Both the position numbers and the translations under genes were made by a program. DNA of 42,563 nt from Promethearchaeota archaeon. GTDB taxonomy: Archaea; Asgardarchaeota; Lokiarchaeia; Sigyniarchaeales; SOKP01. The notes under the pieces were generated by a model. The model was not told where the DNA came from, made no database searches, and saw only the letters and a program-made list of their open reading frames with translations. The stretch covers positions 1-42,563 of the forward strand of contig JAHLWS010000032.1 of NCBI GenBank assembly GCA_019057795.1. The letters run 5' to 3'. Below are positions 40,701 to 42,563 of this stretch, in pieces. Position 1 is the stretch's first letter, and each line of letters opens with the position of its first letter.

Positions 40701-41501
40701 GATTATAGCGTGTTAATCGAAGGTATAATAAAGTTTCTGAACAACTTGAAAAAGCTGGACCAAATAGGCAACCTATACGAGCAAAAAGTTAAAAAAGAGT
40801 TAACAGAATGGCTACACCCATACATTTTAAAAATAACGAAAGATAAAAAAAGAGAAAAAGAGATCAAAGACAAAACTTTCGAAATTTTGGTGAAACATCG
40901 ATACTTAGTTGAGAGCCATCCCCGAAGAGCAAGCGGTTCGGAATCACTACAAACTTCTTTCGCGGTCGGACCGCACTACGATGAAGCCTTAAAAGACTAT
41001 TACGAAACTCAGAGAGAGGCGTCAATTCTCTACGAGCCGTTAGACATGGAATCCGATAACTCCGACAATTCTGAGAGTTCTTTACAAGCCGAAAAAATTA
41101 ACGCTAAAAACTTAAAGAATGCATTTGCTAAGCATTTCGCTCCAATTTTCTATTACGAATATTTTAAAATGTATCAATCTATTAAAAACGAAAATTTCGA
41201 AAAATCGCTTAAAATCAGCAAAAACTTACTTAGAAAGTTCCTTCACGCCACATATAACTCTTATTATAGCGTTAATTACGCGATTCTGAGCGCAGACATC
41301 AACAGATTTATCATGGCAATAATGCATGTAGAGGATTTTCCGTTTTCTAATAAGGAATTAAGGGAATTTCTTATTATTTGCGAAAAATTATCTTTAGATA
41401 AGGAAGGTGTAGAAAAACGCAGCAAAGCTACTTTCGAGAAGTATTCTAAAATTTTCGATAAGTTTAAACTATACATCGAAGGAGATCTGGGGGCGATTTA
41501 A
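37728..41501 (+). CDS. Large membrane-bound VirB4/HerA-like protein with degenerate Walker motifs
   Basis: Two TM hairpins; LLVVNGTNSSRE (Walker A position), VIFDFTGNW, TVIIDFSEV, FLIVPHLD (Walker B position), KGFGTVCSASQ…NLVTFK. Confidence 0.75.
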   Translation: MVKTYRDFLNDSNSNNKFRPNTNDSEKEENSRYLDVWKVNPSYKDVNTREIVLKATSLVVIGLLFFTSVLYTTYNLVLSIGIAVIVSISFVMAFHKKFFSLRHLFDFRSFKPLGDFIFWQTKYDKFVLFFTNYKELNTTGVRTFRIKVLPENVHANLNRFYKGLHALKVPFSYQIIQKPLQTSNNGNGSESSTFETSIYFSTFYNIKGKITESKLVKMIEALREYAVSLKSAFASNFHHFKVVQLSGEELVNAYRIAVLKQDVEIEEDSKKINCKTVEPKIKPIILKASYILAIVISLDRLLLVFNLPIIIQFLATLTILIAILVIWWREVFFFLIKNKLFKSNDIQVVDPFSDIKFFKVSEAPETIFYQVEGKIIGGIKINNMYFTHPPPHCSASKFYEALIHERMPFTTTIQQTPLTFHQFDKEGFKFLKDIEQQKLLTRTESVIDGNKWLSSRSGIWSAIITYSTSVILKAPALDYEIINEIEQKLKNQSLVLRKSFKQFFVTYELKQLRKNELESGLLFETLKNKFFRRNGTHLNYLMFQGKTLMFITEISDQFKKGVETRLAAEFNTPLQLTNFITIGHTINTEFLENEVPMGFTLEQLRNLLVVNGTNSSREALCQKIVAELVKVGYSSVIFDFTGNWSKLISVFEGTIYEDKFLYLKVGKTFLVNPLFSELPYDKDNMGYLDYMFDAFALCFKKDERTIDAFKNTIARNPNIDVSTLTLDLTTMREWEKSPITDSLLSFFSEFTPQDISFMQRQQSDKQEIIPSYELITHDKTVIIDFSEVKNYDKQCYFTFVILSKFIHYLKTEKAYYPKFLIVPHLDVIFDGFFIDKKVNYGIIDKFLEPFVQKGFGTVCSASQIRYIHPNAFNYYENLVTFKATDKRDSAMLSSLMNLESLHGIGYYSRSRNEGYQLRYIASMKKNEAVVKREDIYQPFPVEFDLKEVENAKPLSWGEILAYMGKQGYDLENAEKRIIQRAEKTLFQKDFGDYSVLIEGIIKFLNNLKKLDQIGNLYEQKVKKELTEWLHPYILKITKDKKREKEIKDKTFEILVKHRYLVESHPRRASGSESLQTSFAVGPHYDEALKDYYETQREASILYEPLDMESDNSDNSESSLQAEKINAKNLKNAFAKHFAPIFYYEYFKMYQSIKNENFEKSLKISKNLLRKFLHATYNSYYSVNYAILSADINRFIMAIMHVEDFPFSNKELREFLIICEKLSLDKEGVEKRSKATFEKYSKIFDKFKLYIEGDLGAI

Positions 41502-42415
41502 TGGTAAAAGCGCAAGAAACTGGAACTTTCGACGGAGTGATAGAAAAAATAGTGTTTGACGAGGGAGAATTAGATGAGCTTAAAATCGCCATCAGAAACT
41601 TTGGTAAAGGAGCAATTACAACTAAACAACTAAAACAAATGCTACTCCGCTTTCGAGGTCGTATAGTTAAAGACATATCGAATTTTCTAAGTCTTTGCGT
41701 CGATCGAGCTCGAGAAAGCGGTCAAGCTCTGGTTGATAGGAATTTTACCAACTCAAATCAGTCTGATTTAGCAAACGACCAATTGTGGCAAGATATTGCG
41801 GAAAGAAACGAGTTATTAGAGGTTATAGCAAAAAGGATTAGCGCTCTTGCGTCAAATGCTAAGAAAGAAACCCCTACTGTGGACGAAAGTTTGAGTTTGG
41901 AAGATATAATAAAGAGCGAAGTAGAACGAGTTTTTTTGGCTATTAAAGTCAACGAATGGCTCGACATGTGCGGATACGACGATTATAAGTTCTACATTAA
42001 ACTATACAACAAGTTACAAGCGCTCTACCGCCAGAAGTTTGGAGACGATGGTGAAAAACCCAAAAATGCCAAAAATGCCAAAGTAGAACAAGAGATTATG
42101 GCGGAAAGAATAGCGAAATTAAACTTTCCAGAGGAGGCAACCACAGAATTAATTCAATTTATAGTTATCCGAAATAACGCTACACACGACGATAGGGATT
42201 TAACTTCGTCTGATATGGAAATAGCGCATAACGCTTTCGTTCGATTACTTATTTATCTTATCGTGAGTAGTTTGAACGCTCAACTTTTAGCTGAAAACAG
42301 AAAAGATTTTTACAATTATTTAAATCAATATTTTTCGAGTAAATTAGAAAATAATTCTAAATTTCTAGAAAAAATTAAGAAGAATTTAAACTCGCTTTTT
42401 AACAACTTTAGGTAA
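41501..42415 (+). CDS. HEPN-domain protein (RxxxxH)
   Basis: IRNNATHDD (42170-42187) in a helical context; start overlaps the upstream stop (TAATG). Confidence 0.65.
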   Translation: MVKAQETGTFDGVIEKIVFDEGELDELKIAIRNFGKGAITTKQLKQMLLRFRGRIVKDISNFLSLCVDRARESGQALVDRNFTNSNQSDLANDQLWQDIAERNELLEVIAKRISALASNAKKETPTVDESLSLEDIIKSEVERVFLAIKVNEWLDMCGYDDYKFYIKLYNKLQALYRQKFGDDGEKPKNAKNAKVEQEIMAERIAKLNFPEEATTELIQFIVIRNNATHDDRDLTSSDMEIAHNAFVRLLIYLIVSSLNAQLLAENRKDFYNYLNQYFSSKLENNSKFLEKIKKNLNSLFNNFR

Positions 42416-42451
42416 GTTTTTAAAAAAAAAATATGAGGCTGCAAGTTCATC

Positions 42452-42562
42452 TCACCAACCGACAATAATGGCCTCCACTTTCGAGACATCAATAGGTTGA
42501 TAGTATTTTGAAATATCCACAGTTAACCCTTCATAATGGCGACTCCTCGTACGCCACTTCGC
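42452..42562 (-). CDS. 3' end of an unidentified convergent gene (partial)
   Basis: Open to the window edge: AKWRTRSRHYEGLTVDISKYYQPIDVSKVEAIIVGW*, followed by a T-tract. Confidence 0.35.
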   Translation of the reverse strand, partial: AKWRTRSRHYEGLTVDISKYYQPIDVSKVEAIIVGW

Positions 42563-42563
42563 C

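Noticed and set aside
874-41967. Short opposite-strand or nested ORFs in the track (e.g. 874-1071, 2383-2694, 5544-5888, 7986-8345, 11261-11551, 33277-33582, 38594-38803)
   Set aside because: They are shadows of longer genes with recognisable motifs and have no independent evidence.
1-42563. Provirus, IS element or stop-codon reassignment
   Set aside because: No capsid, terminase, integrase or transposase is recognised, and TAA, TAG and TGA all terminate well-formed genes.

Overview
AT-rich archaeal DNA, most likely from an Asgard (Lokiarchaeia-like) genome; this is inferred from a Rab-like GTPase, a TFB, RadA/RadB, Hef, Hel308, VapBC pairs and NosD/TPR expansions. Two gene classes interleave. 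(1) A CpG-rich backbone encodes a RadA paralogue, RadB, a divergent TFB, Hef and Hel308 helicases, Zn-ribbon proteins, a membrane-anchored HhH protein and a membrane operon ending in a degenerate VirB4/HerA-like ATPase and a HEPN protein. Almost all backbone transcription units share an unusual promoter, AWTTTTTYCTTTWWAWA, with a T-rich box where the purine-rich BRE normally sits. (2) Mostly CpG-poor cargo genes with ordinary BRE-TATA promoters lie between the backbone units. The strongest observation is that radA is split by a 31-nt insertion (7501-7531) that folds as a bulge-helix-bulge. Canonical endonuclease cuts would remove it exactly and restore the conserved GGN-IVAH motif, so it is a candidate mRNA intron. 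Several genes also appear to start at ACG/ATT/ATA behind good SD motifs. Working hypothesis (inference): a recombination/DNA-transfer regulon controlled by an alternative TFB and gated by splicing. No rRNA, tRNA, CRISPR array, integrase or capsid gene was recognised.
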